Shown in pieces: positions 1 to 13,974 of a stretch of DNA of 64,000 bases. The stretch is from Camelus ferus. Taxonomy: Eukaryota. The DNA is taken from the NCBI RefSeq assembly GCF_009834535.1, contig NC_045696.1, forward strand, positions 33,048,001 through 33,112,000. The letters are read 5' to 3'. Position numbers and translations under genes: made by a program. Below the pieces are notes generated by a model, which did not search any database, was not told the DNA's origin, and saw only the letters and a list, made by a program, of their open reading frames with translations. Positions within the stretch are counted from its first letter, which is position 1, and each line of letters begins with the position of its first letter.

Positions 1-1440
<1,440 letters not shown>

Positions 1441-3640
1441 CTGTTTTTTAGATTCTTAGGATGGAAGGTTAGGCTATTAATTTGAAATTACTTTCATTTT
1501 TAATATAAGTATTTAACAGATATCAACTTCCCTCTAAGCACTGCTTTAGCTGCATTCACTATGTTTTGGGATGTTTTGTTTTCATTTCACTCATCCCAAT
1601 GTATTTTTAAAATTTATCTTTTTTTTTTCCTTTTCTAAAATTGAGTTGTTTAATTTATATGCATTTATGAGTTTCGCAAATTTTCTTCTGCATTGGTTTT
1701 AATTGTACTCCACTTGGCCAGAGAAAGTATATTTTGTATACTTTAAATCTTTTTGAATGTATTTAAACCTGTTTTATGGTATAGCAAATGGTATATATTA
1801 GAGAATGTTCCACGTGCACTTGAGAAGAATGTGTCACCTGCTATTGTTGGATAGAATGATTTATAGCTATCTGTTAAGTCTACTTGGTTTATAGTGTTAC
1901 TTAAGTCTTCTATTTTCTTCTTAATCTTCTCTCTTGTTCCATGCATTACTGAAAATTGGATATTAAATTCTCTAACTATTATTATTGAATTGTCTATTTC
2001 TACTTTTACTTCTGTCACTTTTTGCTTTCTGTATTTTGGGGCTCAGTTGTTAAATACATACTGTTTATAATTTTCATGTCTTCCTGATGAGTTGATCCTT
2101 TTTTACCTTAAAATAGCCTTCTTTGTGTCTACCAAAATTGTTTTAGAGTCTATTTTATGTATGATACCATAGCCACTACAGCTGTGTTTTTGGTGCTGTT
2201 TGCATTGTTTAACTTTTTACACTGTTGTACTTTCAGTCTATCTGTATCTAATTTTAAATATGTCTCCTATGATAATATATTGTTAATCACTTTTAAAACT
2301 CACTCTACCAATTTCTACCTTTGAGTTGGAGTGTTTAATCCACTTATATTTAATGTAATTACTGATAAAGTATGATTTATGTCTCCCATTTAATTATTTT
2401 CTTTGGATATGTTCTGTTTACTTTTTGTTCCTCAAGTTTTTTTATTGCTGCCTTCTTTTGTGTTAAATATCTTCTAGTACACCGATTCAATTCTCTTGTT
2501 GCTTCTTTTACTATATATATTTTAGTTATTTTCTTAAAGCCTGCTCTGTGGATTACAGTTGACATTTATTTTAAAAAAAAGCTAACAACTTGATTTTTAA
2601 AAAGTAATATATTGTGGAAACTCTAGAAATCAACTACCACTTCCCTCCGGGATACGTTGTTTTCACTGCTTGATGCTGCTTCTGTTTGTTCAGTGACTTG
2701 CCTGGACTAATTCTCTGAAGTCGGTATTCTGTTTCATGTGAGGCCATTGAAGTCTCTGGTTAGTTCTGTTGTCAGCTAATGATTGGATGGAGATTTCCTT
2801 AGATGTTCTGAACCATTAAATCTCCGAGCCTCTGCCAAGAGTTTCCACGTGTGTCTTGAGGTGTGTGTTTAATGGTTTGACAGGTAGTTTGCAACTTTTC
2901 CTTAGCCTTTACTTGCTTGAGGAGAGCCTTAAGGTCAGTCAGAAGAGAGAGAGTCGGGTCTTCTCATGTCTTCCCTAGGCACGTGCAAAGCACGTCATAA
3001 ATGCATGGCCCACTAGATTCCTGGGAATATGTCAGAGGAATATGACATTTTATTTCTCAGTGTTTTCTTTTTAAGATTTTTTTCAGACTCTTGTTAGTTC
3101 CACCCAGACAGCTTCAGTGTTAAGCAATTAGCCCTGATCATTTACCACAAATGCCTTGGGGATGTGACTGTTCCCACTGAGTAAACTTCTAGAATCAGTT
3201 TAAATTAAGACAAAGTCTGATAATGAAGCTTCCAGCAAGCTGCCAGACAGGTCGAATAGTAACAGTTGGAGATAAGGGTTTGTGGCACTGCAGATCTGTC
3301 CTCACTCCTCCATAGCTTCTAGCACGGTTTTCAGAGCTACCACAGTTGCCAGGCTATCGGTTTTCAAAGCCACTGAAGAATTAGAAAGGGATATGATTAG
3401 GGCAAATTAAAGTGACACAAATCTCACTTTCCTTTCTTAAAGCTGAGATTCAGCTGTTTATTTCTTTCTTCTTTTTAATAAATGCCTTTTTAATAAATGC
3501 CCTAGTTACAAGTCTTTAGTAATTTCCAGAGTTCTAAAACAGTTGCTTTTGACAGTTTTTGTTAGTACTCTTTTGGCTTTTATGGAGAGGCAGATTTTCA
3601 GAGGCCTTTACCCCATCACTCTGGACCATTCTTATGTTTT
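1441..3640 (-). mobile_element. Old LINE-1 fragment(s): ORF2 endonuclease region, inter-ORF and 5' portion
   Basis: Peptide EIDNSIIIVREFN...DLSNTINQVDLTDSYKSFYPTIAGDTFFSSARGTFS...HKTGLNTFKKI (1743-2018) matches the L1 APE endonuclease. The 2600-3640 assignment is by resemblance only. Confidence 0.7.
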
Positions 3641-3729
3641 TGTAGTTTCTGTTTCAAAGTTTGCTAAATTTCTTGACTCAAGAATACAGATTAGTAGCTA
3701 CTAAAATACAAAGTGGAAAAAAATAGTCA

Positions 3730-4490
3730 GAGTTTTAAGATTGACCCTGAGGGTGGAGTGGAGGATATTGTCTGGAAAGGAGGACTGAGAGAGATGTCTG
3801 AGAGCGAAGTTTGTAAATATCTTGACAGATTTTGGTTATGTTGCTGAGTCCAAACTCGTTCTGCTTGCCACACGACAGGGCAGTAAATGGGGAGACGAGG
3901 TGTTGGGGCAAGGAATAACGACTTTATTTGGAAAGCTGGCAGACCAAGAGGATGGCCGACTAACGTCTTGGAGAACCATCCTGCTCTAGTCAGAATACAG
4001 GTTCCTTTTATACAAAAAATAAGGGAGGGGGTCCGGTTGATTGTTGTAATCTTGCTGCAGGCATCCTTTGTTCTTGCAGCTGTTCCCGTGGGCTAGGTCA
4101 TGGTGAGCCTGTAAACCTCTAACAAAATAAAGGTTATTCTCTACTACAGTTACACAGTTTTAGGCTGTGTCAGAAATCAGTGGATCTACATTCAAAATCT
4201 GTGCATTTTATTGTGTGTAAGTTTTATATTAAAAGAAAAATTATAAATAAATATTGAACTCTAGTCATACTTTGTGTTCTAAAGTATCTACAGTAAAACT
4301 AACTGATGTCTACAATCAATTTACTTGAAATGTGTCCAAAATAAGATAGATTCCTGGATAGGTAGAGGAATCGATACGTATGTTTAAAAAGTAAGTTTCA
4401 CGAAAGTTAATGATATACGGGTATTTATTATAAAATCTTTCCAACTTTGCATTAATTTTGAAAAAATGTAGTAAAATGTTAGGGTAAGCA
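3730..4490 (+). mobile_element. L1ME-type 3' UTR remnant interrupted by a solo LTR
   Basis: Typical L1ME 3' motifs (ctgtgcattttattgtgtgtaagttttata; ctgatgtctacaa...aaaatgttaggg). The sequence rejoins as ...ttttgGTTAcacag across the LTR. Confidence 0.65.
3839..4148 (-). mobile_element. ERV1-class solo LTR (short, probably with an internal U3 deletion)
   Basis: TG...CA termini and a perfect 4-bp TSD GTTA (3835-3838 / 4149-4152). Minus-strand TATAAAA at 4012-4006 and AATAAA at 3928-3923. Confidence 0.85.
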
Positions 4491-5549
4491 CTTAAAGTAG
4501 AAGATAGGTAATAGGTTTGAAACATACTTTATCTTTCTAATAGTGTCCCAATATAAATGACTAGTGTTTTTCCAGAGTTAAGAAACTTTGGAAACACAGC
4601 TAGGAATCTAACAGGATTAAAGTCAATCCTTGCCAGAGGGGTATAGCCAAAATCTTCCAGAAATTCAGGAAATGTTAAAAAAAAAAAAAAAAAAAAGTTA
4701 CATCTCCTAAACTGTGAAGAGAGAAATTAGTGTCATTAATAGCTCTATATAGCTGATATTTTAGAGGGTTTTTTTTGTATTAGAATAAAAACATGAAATA
4801 CTACTTTTCATTTTTCGATAGGATTTCTGTAAAAATAAAAGAAGTAGTAGATGAATCAGATTTGAAACTTTACGAGACCAGTGAACACAGTGGCTTAGCT
4901 CAAGGCACTATAAAAATAAAAGTGGTTCCTAGGAATCCTGTGAGGTGAAAATTGTACATGCCAGCATAGAAATGCAATCCTGTCATTGTACCCTGGGACC
5001 ACCTTCTTTTTCCCTGAAACTTTGTGAGGCCACAGTCTAAAATTTAACATAAAGTATAATGTTTTGTCATCCAGACTAGATTGCCTCTCTTCTACAGAGC
5101 TGCTAGGTTGTTATTTAATGTGGTTGCATGATGCAGAGCCTGGCTATATGTGGTAAAAATGTTATCAGCAGTCACCGCCACAGCACAATCTATTACATAA
5201 TTGGAAGCGCGGAGTAGTGCCTTTGGAGTTGAGAGGGAGAAACTGACTAGCTGGCTCATCACGCTGTTTAACAAAGCAGGAGTCAGGACTGTAAGCAGGA
5301 ACAGACTGACATCACAGGTCATCTCGGCTGTGTGGATCTCTACACCTGAGAGAGAGAATGGAGCCCAGATACACAAGGATGTTTGAGTGCTGTTTAATCA
5401 CCCAAGGAGATGTCTGTGCTGTGTTCATATTGCTCTCTTTTATGGACAAATAGGAGTTCTTAGCACAATAAATGTGCTGAATCTCTGGCTTTAGAGGTAA
5501 AAAAAAAAAAAAAAAAGGAACTTCGTGATAACTAGAAAAGACATTTTTA

Positions 5550-5960
5550 ATAACTAGTATCTCATACAGAACCAGGCACACATAGTAGTGATCCTGGCAA
5601 TGTTTGCTGATTAAATAAAGGCATGAATGAATTAATGAATTTTTTCAGCACACCTTTATACAATGAGTACTGTTTGCCCGGATCTGTGCTGGATTGCTTT
5701 CAGTACACAAATGTTTGTGGTGCTAGGTCTCAAGAAACCTACAGAATCTCAGGGAAGATGAATTATTACAAATATTTATATCACAAGGCAGAAAATAATA
5801 AAGAAGATATGTGAGAGATATAATTTGAGAGCTACTGGAACACGAAAGAAGGTAGAATCATCTTGGAAGACTCTCAGTTACAGTTGGAAGGATGCTAAGA
5901 TTTTAATAAAAGTGAAGATGGGAAATTTAGGATATTACAGGTAAATTTACATAGAAGAAT
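5550..5960. mobile_element. L2 3'-end remnants (tail-to-tail)
   Basis: ccaggcacacatagtag...tgtttgctgattaaat...tgaatgaat followed by antisense gagtactgtttgcccggatctgtgctgg. Confidence 0.5.
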
Positions 5961-5989
5961 GGGAATGGAATGGACGTAACAACATATAA

Positions 5990-7180
5990 TTTTCTTTTCT
6001 TAATCAGCTTTATGCAATTTACACATAATATAAAAGTCTATAGTTCAGTGAGGTTTGATACATTTATGTGATCTTATAACCTCAACCACATTTCTATCAC
6101 TTGTAGGCAAGTTTCCTCATGTTACTGCATTAGTATCCTATTGCCATTGAAACAACCACAAAAGTAGCGGCTTGAATCAACACAAATGTAATCTTTTACA
6201 CTTCTGGACATTAGAAGCTCAAAGTGAGTCTTCTGGAAATAAAGTATGGACAGAGTTGGCTCCTTGAGCAGTCTCCAAGGGAAAATCCCTTGCTTTGCTT
6301 GCCTCTTGCAGTTTCTAGAAGCTGTCAGTATTCCTTGGCTTGTGGCCCTATCACTCCAGTCTTCCACTGTCACATCGGTTCTCCTCTTCCTGTCACTACT
6401 CCTGTGCCCATCTTTCTGACTTCACCATCTGCTCATTGTGATTACGAAAAGCCCACCTGGATAACTGAGGATAATATTCCCATTGCAAAGTCCTTAAATT
6501 AATCACATCTTCAAAGCCTTTACCATATGGGGTGAGAGGCATTTACTGAGCTCACCACATGCATTCTGATTTTAGTCTCTTGCCCTAAACCTTTAGCCCT
6601 AGAAATCACTGCTTTTTATCACTATAGTTTTGCCTTTTCTAGAAAGCAATATAAATAGAATCATACAGCATCCAACAGTCTTTTGTTTCTGGCTTCTTTT
6701 ACTTGGCTTGATACTTTTGAGATTCATCCATGTAGTTGAGGTTAACAGAAGATTTTATCTTTTATTATGGAATAGTTATCAATTTGCATGGATATATGAC
6801 AGTTTGTTTATTCATTCACCAGATGATGGTTGTTTAAGTTTTTCCCAGGTTTTGACTATTATGAATAAAACTGCTGTGAATATTTTATTAACAGAATTGT
6901 TTTAAAATGTATTTTCTTTCTCTTGGTCAAAAACGTAGGTGTTTATAGAATGTCTGTCATATAGTAAGAGTATTTTTAACTTCATAAGAAGCCATTAAAC
7001 TCTTCTCCAATGTGGTTGTGCCATTGTGTATTTTCAGCACATGCGATTCACTTAATCCCTATCTTTCCAACAGTTGTTATTATTGTTGATTTGTTTTTAG
7101 CCATTCTGGATGGTATGCAGTGGTATGTCATTGTGTTTTTTATATTCCAGTAATGATTGATCATTTTGTGTGCCTATTTG
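5990..7180 (-). mobile_element. L1ME-type 3' UTR, split by an MLT1 LTR
   Basis: Contains tttgccttttctagaa...ataaatagaatcatacag and attcaccagatgatggttgtttaagttttt...atgaataaaactgctgtgaatatt. Confidence 0.75.
6126..6559 (-). mobile_element. MaLR solo LTR (MLT1C/D-like)
   Basis: tgcattagtatcctattgc...tttctagaagctgtcagtattccttggcttgtggccc...ccttaaattaatcacatct...caccaca; TG...CA ends. Confidence 0.8.
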
Positions 7181-7184
7181 CAAT

Positions 7185-9290
7185 TGAAATATCATGATTT
7201 GACATTTGCATACATTATGAAATAATAACCACAGTAAGTCTAGTAAACATCTGTCCCCATACAGTTAATACACTATTATTGACCATATTCCTTATGCTGT
7301 ATATTACATCCCCTGGCTTACATATCATGTAACTGGAGGTTTGTATCTCTTAATCCCCTTCACCTATTTCACACTCTCCAACCTCTTCCTCTGGCAACCA
7401 CCCATTTTTTCTTTGTATCTGTTTTCATTTTGTTTTGTTTTGTTTTTTTAAGATTCCACATGTGAGATCGTGTGGTATTTGTCTTTGTCTGACTTGTTTC
7501 ACTTAGGATAATACAAACTAAATCCATCCATGTTGCCCCAAATGGCAAGATCTCACCCTTTTTTATGACAGTAATATTCCATTGTATATACACACACACA
7601 CTACACCTTCTTTATCTATTCACCTATCAATGGACACTTAGGTTCCATATATACTGGCTATTGTAAATAATGCTGCAATGAACATTGTGGTGGGTGCATA
7701 TATCTTTTCAAATGGCTGCTTTTGTTATCTTTGGGTAAATACCCAGAAGTTAAATTGCTGGATAATATGGCAGTTCTATTTTTAATTTTTGAGGAACCTC
7801 CATACTGTTTTACATAGTAGTTGCACCAATTTCCATTCCCACCAACAGCCCACAAGGGTTTCCCTTTTCTCTACATCCTTGCCAACATATGTTATTTGTA
7901 ATATCCATTTGATAGCCATTCTGACAGGTGTAAGGGGATATCTCCTTGTGGTTTTGATTTGCATTTCCCTGATGATTAATGATGTTCAGCATCTTTTTAT
8001 ATGTCTGTCATCCATCTGTATGACTTTGGAAAAATGGCTATTCAGGTCCCCTGCCCATTTTTAATCTTTTTTTTTTTTGACGTTGAGTTGTATGAGTACT
8101 TTGTATATTTTGAATAGTAACCTTTTATTGGATGTATTATTTACAAATATCTTCTTCTGTTCAGTAGGATGCCTTTTTATTTTGTTGACAGTTTCCTTTG
8201 TTTTGCAAAGGCTTTTTAGTTTGATGTAGTCTCATTTGCTTATTTTTCCTTTTGTTTCTTTGCCTGAGGATACAGATCCAAAAAAATACTGCTGAGACTG
8301 ATGTCAGTGAGCGTACTGCCTGTGTTTTCTTCCAGCAGTTTTATGGTTTCAAGTCTTACATTTAGGGTTTTGATTTGTTTTGAGTTTATTTTTATATACG
8401 GTGTGTTCAGTTTGATTCTTTTGCATATAGCTGTCTAGTTTTCCCAGCACCATTTATTAAAGAGGATTTTTTTTTTGACTGTTTATTCTTGCCTCTTTTG
8501 TCCTAGATTAATTGGGCATATAAGTATGAGTTTATTTCTGGGCTCTCTTGTTCCATTGATCTGTACCTCTGTGTTTGTGCCAGTACCATACTGTTTTGAT
8601 TACTGTAGCTTTGTTGTACAGTTTGAAAGCAGGAGGCATGATCTCTCCAGCTTTGTTCTTCTCTCTCAAGATTGCTTTTGCTATTTGGAGGCCTTTGTAT
8701 TTCCATACAAATTTTAGATTTATTTGTTTTAGTTCTATGAAAGTTGCCATTGTTATTTTGATAGAGATTGCACTGGATCTTCAATTTGCCTTGGGTCATA
8801 TGCCCATTTTAACAATGTAAATTCCTCTACTCCGTGAGTATGGTATAATCTTCTCATTTGTTTGTGTCATCTTCAATTTCTTTCTTTAGTGTCTTACAGT
8901 TTTCTGAGTACAAGTCTGTTACCTCCTTAGTTACATTTATTCCTAGATATTTTATCACTTTGTTGCACTTGAAATGGGATTGTTTTCTTGATCTGATAGA
9001 TTATTGTTAGTTTATACAAACAACATTCATGCATATTAATTTTACAAGTTTATTGAAAATACTAGTTTTAGTAGCATTTTGGTTGTGTCTTTAGGATTTT
9101 TTATATGTAGTATCACATTACCTGCAAAGAGTGACAGTTTCTCTTCTTTCTGAATTCCTTTTATTTATTTTTTTCTTATATGATGCCTGTGGTTTGGACT
9201 TTCAATAATATGTTGAATAAATGAGGTGAGACTAAGCATTCTTGTCTTGATCCTGATCTTAAAAGAAATGCTTTCAGCTTTATATCATTG
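7185..9290 (-). mobile_element. 5'-truncated LINE-1 (L1MA9-like), ORF2 C-terminus plus 3'UTR
   Basis: Peptides [30 protein letters not shown]...CWWEWKLVQLLCKTVWRFLK and EILPFGATWMDL. Confidence 0.92.
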
Positions 9291-11303
9291 ACTTCATCTT
9301 CTCTCTCTTTTACCAAATTTTTAAATTAATTTCTTCCATCATAATTTTAATTTCTAAAAGTCTTCTCATGAATGCTAATGGCTCTATTGCATACATATAC
9401 TTGTGGTTTAGAGAGTTAATGACATAGTTTTTACTACTCCTCTCTTTCTGCATCATCTTACTCTTCAGTATACATTTTTTTCTTTCGTGCTGATACTTTC
9501 TTCAAAAGTTTGTGAGTCTTGGTCATCTGTCCATAGTTCAGAAAGACACATGATGGTTGACTGGATAATTGGGTAGTTAGTGTAGGTGGGAGGGTTGACT
9601 AAACCTGTGGGTTTTGCTTTAAGGACATCATGCAGAGAGCTGAGTGCAGCTATAGACAGGTGTGGAGATTTCAGCATTACCTTTAGGTTAATACACTCTA
9701 GAACCTTCTGATCCTTTGGCTGGCAGAGAGATACATGCAGATTATGGAAAAACCGTCCTCATAAGGCTTTTAAATAATTCCTTGTTCCCAAACAGTCATG
9801 ATTCTTCTGCAGTTTGCCATTCCAAGCATTACTGAGTCCTAAGTCTAGAGTTGCACTGGGTCAAAGAACTTCTTGATACCCACTTCTGGAAAGGACATTA
9901 GGCTGCAGCTTTTTCTGTCCATCCTATTAATTTCTAGCCCTGCATAGTCAGACTTCTATTGAAATGTCACTTATTCTAGTAATTTTCTAATATTCCTTCC
10001 TTGTTCTCATTATTATTATGGTGTTATTTACTTTGTTTTTATCATTTTATTTTACTCTCAAGATAGGAAATTAATAAGTAATATTGTTTTCAGTACATCT
10101 ATAAATACAGAGTCAATCAATGAGAACAAAAGTTGTTTTGATGGATAAAACAACTAGAAATTACAGGTTATATCTGATAAGTTAAACTCATCTATCAGTA
10201 TGAGAATCTAATTTATATTTTTATCTTACAGTTTCTGGAAATCCCGACTCACATGTTTAAGTTATTGGAAGCACTACATTTTTTACATGGATATTGTCCT
10301 TTTAAGTACATTGAAAATCCATTCACTGAAATTAAAACTTCTGTTCAGAAAATTGAATGAAGGAAGTGGGGAAACTGTTACAAAGTGAATAGCAAGTGGT
10401 AACATTTTCTTAAACTCTGTTCCAAAAATAGAAAAGTTCTGTAACATGAAACGTACATGAGAATTACATATGAGATGATGTCATTATGCTTTCTGTTGTG
10501 TATTCACTGACTCACTTGACCATCATGCTGTGTTGGATAGCTAATGGTTGAGTCCTACTTGCTCCTGCATGTTGAATTGCATGTGGAGCATGTGCTCTTT
10601 TTTATGTGCCCAGTGGTAAAAGTTTTATGAAGCGATATGCAGATATATTAATGAGAAGAAATGACATATTTATAAAATTTCAAGTTTAATACCAGAGATA
10701 TTAAGAAAAAGTTTTATTCTGATACAGACCCTTCAAAGGATAAACCAGACAGATTGAGGTAAATGTATTAGTGGTGTACAATCTGCTAAATTGTGATATT
10801 ATACACAGTTGAGTGTTTAAACATTGGATTTCTCAAATTATAGCTTGCCAGTTACGGTTCTAAAATGGGAACTTTAAAGCCTCTTTAAATTGGAAGCATG
10901 TAGTTCTCCCCCCAGAAAAGAAAAGAACAAAATATACTTGAAGGTAATACATTTGCCAGCCTTAGTGAGTATCTGAACTCTCAATTTCCCATCAGATTAC
11001 CTTAGGTAGTAGTACATATTCAAAAAATTATATAGCAGGTTTTATTTAATATTCCCTAATATTTCAAAGAGGATCATAGCAGGAGGCACACATTAGAATT
11101 TTAAATTTGAGAAGGAAAAGGCTACAAATATTATAAATTATGAATGCTAAATTTTGATGGGATAGAGTCCATGAATACTTTAACATTCTGTAGTAGTTGC
11201 ATACACTAGAAGTCAACTGCAAAGAAGCACAAGCAAAACTGTAGACCTTATTTAAAAATGCCATCTCCACCCCCTCTTGGGGCAGTATATGAAAGCCTGA
11301 CTT

Positions 11304-11865
11304 TGTTTAATTGAAGTATAGTCAGTTTACAATGTTGTGTTAATTTCTGGTGTACAGCATAGTGATTCAGTTACACGTGTACCTGTATATTCCTTTTCAT
11401 ATTCTTTTTCATTATGGGTTATTACAAGCTATTGATACAGTTCCCTGTGCTATACAGCAGGACCTTGTTTGTCTAGTCTGTATCTAGTAGTTTGTATCTG
11501 CTAATCCTAAATTCCTGATTTATCCCTCCTCACTACCCCCCACCCCATAGCCATAAGTTGGTTTTCTATGTCTGTGAGTCTCTCTGTTTTGTAAATAAGT
11601 TAATTTGTGTCCTTTTTTTAAATTAGATTCCACATATAAGTGATATCATATGGTACTTTTCTTTCTCTTTCTGGCTTAGTATGACAGTCCCCGGGTCCAT
11701 CCATGTTGCAGCAAATGGCATTATTTCATTCTCTTTTATGGCTGAGTAGTATTTCATTGCATCTGTCTATCTGTCTGTCTGTCTATGTCACATCTTCTTC
11801 ATCCAGTCAGTCATCTGTCAATGGACATTTAGGTTGTTTCCATGTCTTGGCTATTGTAAATAGCG
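11304..11865 (-). mobile_element. Young lineage-specific L1 3' end (camelid/cetartiodactyl type) with TSD
   Basis: Starts ttaattgaagtatagtcagtttacaatgttgtgttaatttctggtgtacagc. TSD gaaagcctgactt (11291-11303) / gagagcctgactt (11866-11878). Confidence 0.9.
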
Positions 11866-13535
11866 GAGAGCCTGACTTCTGAGGGTCTAATAGAAGCAGG
11901 AACTAGATGAAATCAGGGAGTGATACAGCTCTCAGTTTCCCACTTTTCCAGCTCATATGGTGTCCTGCCTCTGCGTGCCTGTTTCAACTTGTTGGCCCAT
12001 CTTTCCCTGCTTCTCCATGAATATGGTAGAAGATGTTTCCACTGCTCCTCTGCCCCAACATTTCCCCACACCTGCTCCCCTTTGCACAGGCACACCTCAT
12101 TCCTTAGCTGTCATCTGGTATTTAGTCCATCCATATGCAGATAACCTGAGTAGTCTCCTTGCTGTCAGGTGTCCTTTCCTGGTCCCTTCAACTCTGTAGA
12201 GTCCTGGAATATAAAAAGTCTGCTGAGGCACCAAACTGTGGAGTGGTCAGTTGTGGCTGTAAGTGAGCAGTGAGTGGCTGCAGCTCTGAGGGAAAGGGAA
12301 ATGCCACTTATCAGAGAATGTTGTTTCTCCAGCAGAAGTAAGCAGAACAGGGAAGATGATTCTCTATTTATTAACAAGTGAATTAATAACTCTCTACTCT
12401 CCTGTAGGGATTGGGTTAGCACTGCTTGGCTGGCACTTCCCCCAACTTGCTTTCCAAAATACAAACAGGTTATTTTAGGCTTAGAGGCTGTGCAGAAATT
12501 TCTCTATTATCGCCTTGCTCTGCTATTTTGAAGAGATCATCAGAATTTGACTCTGGTTATTTAGAATTTTTGAGTTTTTATATTAAATGAGGTTGAATTC
12601 AGGTTAAAACAAGAATGAATCAGGAGTGAACTATATGCTTTCCTTCTAGTTGGTGGAAATAATTACCAAAGCTGTCTTAGAGGGAGCTTTTGATAATGTT
12701 AGTAACCCTCTTGTAATACAGTTAGTACTCTAGCTAGAAAAAGAAGAGCACAGAAGCAAAATTAACATAATAAATTCTCATCAGTGTGTGGCTTGAGGGT
12801 TTTAAATGGGGCTTAAACAAAATCAGCCTGTAGGTAGTTATAAGATTGGAGAATACAATACCTAACATTGGTGAGCTGTTACAGAAGCAAAGAGCATTTG
12901 GACAACAGAGATGATGGACTCTAGAAATACCATATGAGTAAATTAAAGTGTAAGTCTGGATTTTTATTTTGACTTGGATAGCCTCTATTTTTAAGTAATA
13001 TCCATGGTTTCAGTAAATTATCCATGTATGTGGAGAATATGACAAAAATACCACCTCAATAGAATTTCTAAAAATTAATTTTTAAATAAGCTAATCATAC
13101 ATGGATCAGCTTCCATGGATGCTTACTATCCAGAGACACATTCATATATTACAGTTGGCATTTCAAAAGCTGATCAATACATACTACTTTAATAATCTTC
13201 CTGTGCATAAAGGGACAGGAGGTTGTGAATTTCAATGTTAAAGCTTCTATTATAGAGTTCATGTTAGAATTTTCACTAAGAGACTATTGACTGTTTTCTG
13301 TGTAAAATATTAGGATACCTTATTTTTTAAAAGTAGAAACGTCTGACTGCCAGAGTGTTGTCATCAGAGGCAGGGCTGATGTCGGAGACACCTCTCATGT
13401 GCTTTCCTCAGTGAGGCCCCTGCTTCTTTTAGGGAAATATTTCCCCCTCATTTGAGCCACTAACACTTTTATGTGCTTTTTTTAAAAAACATATTGCAAC
13501 AGGAAATCCTCTTTCATATTGTGCACTGGTGATTT

Positions 13536-13974
13536 TGTCAACTGAAATAAAAACACACAGTGTGAGAGCTGTTTCAGTTTTATTACTGAGGACTGTAGCG
13601 CAGGAGAAGGCGTCCCAGAGTTGGCCCTCCAGGGAGGCGAGGGTGGAGGTCAGCATGTATGTAATTGTGGAGAAGAGGTACATGCGAGCGAGCACACAGC
13701 TTGGTAGAAGGTTGCTACCAGTCGAGAGGCACAGATACCTCAATTCATTATTTTAGTGCTTTTCTAAGTATGGGAAGATGCAAGAAATTGGCTTCATAAA
13801 ATTTCCTGAAAATATCTAACCATCCGAAGGCCCATTCTGCTAGTTTTCCCAGAGCACAGAGTGCCTCATTCCTGATCTCTGCTCCTTCCAGGGTATGTTG
13901 AAAGTCAGCGACTGCAGTGGCCAATAACTTAGTCCTTGTAGAGCCAGATGGCGAGTGACATCCTTCAGTTGGCA
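13536..13974 (-). mobile_element. ERV1 solo LTR, MER41-like (cetartiodactyl type)
   Basis: TG...CA ends and near-TSD attt/gttt. Characteristic block tttagtgcttttctaagtatgggaagatgcaagaa...cctgaaaatatctaac...cccagagcacagagtgcctcattcctgatctc...agttggca. Confidence 0.8.

Noticed and set aside
7369..8820. Cluster of 60-98 aa ORFs (similar ones at 16.0-17.6 kb and 22.6-23.7 kb)
   Set aside because: These are frameshifted L1 ORF2 remnants or their antisense frames.
10728..10758. 31-nt plus-strand exon candidate (PSKDKPDRL, GAG|GTAAAT)
   Set aside because: Weak acceptor and unrecognised peptide. Within chance expectation.
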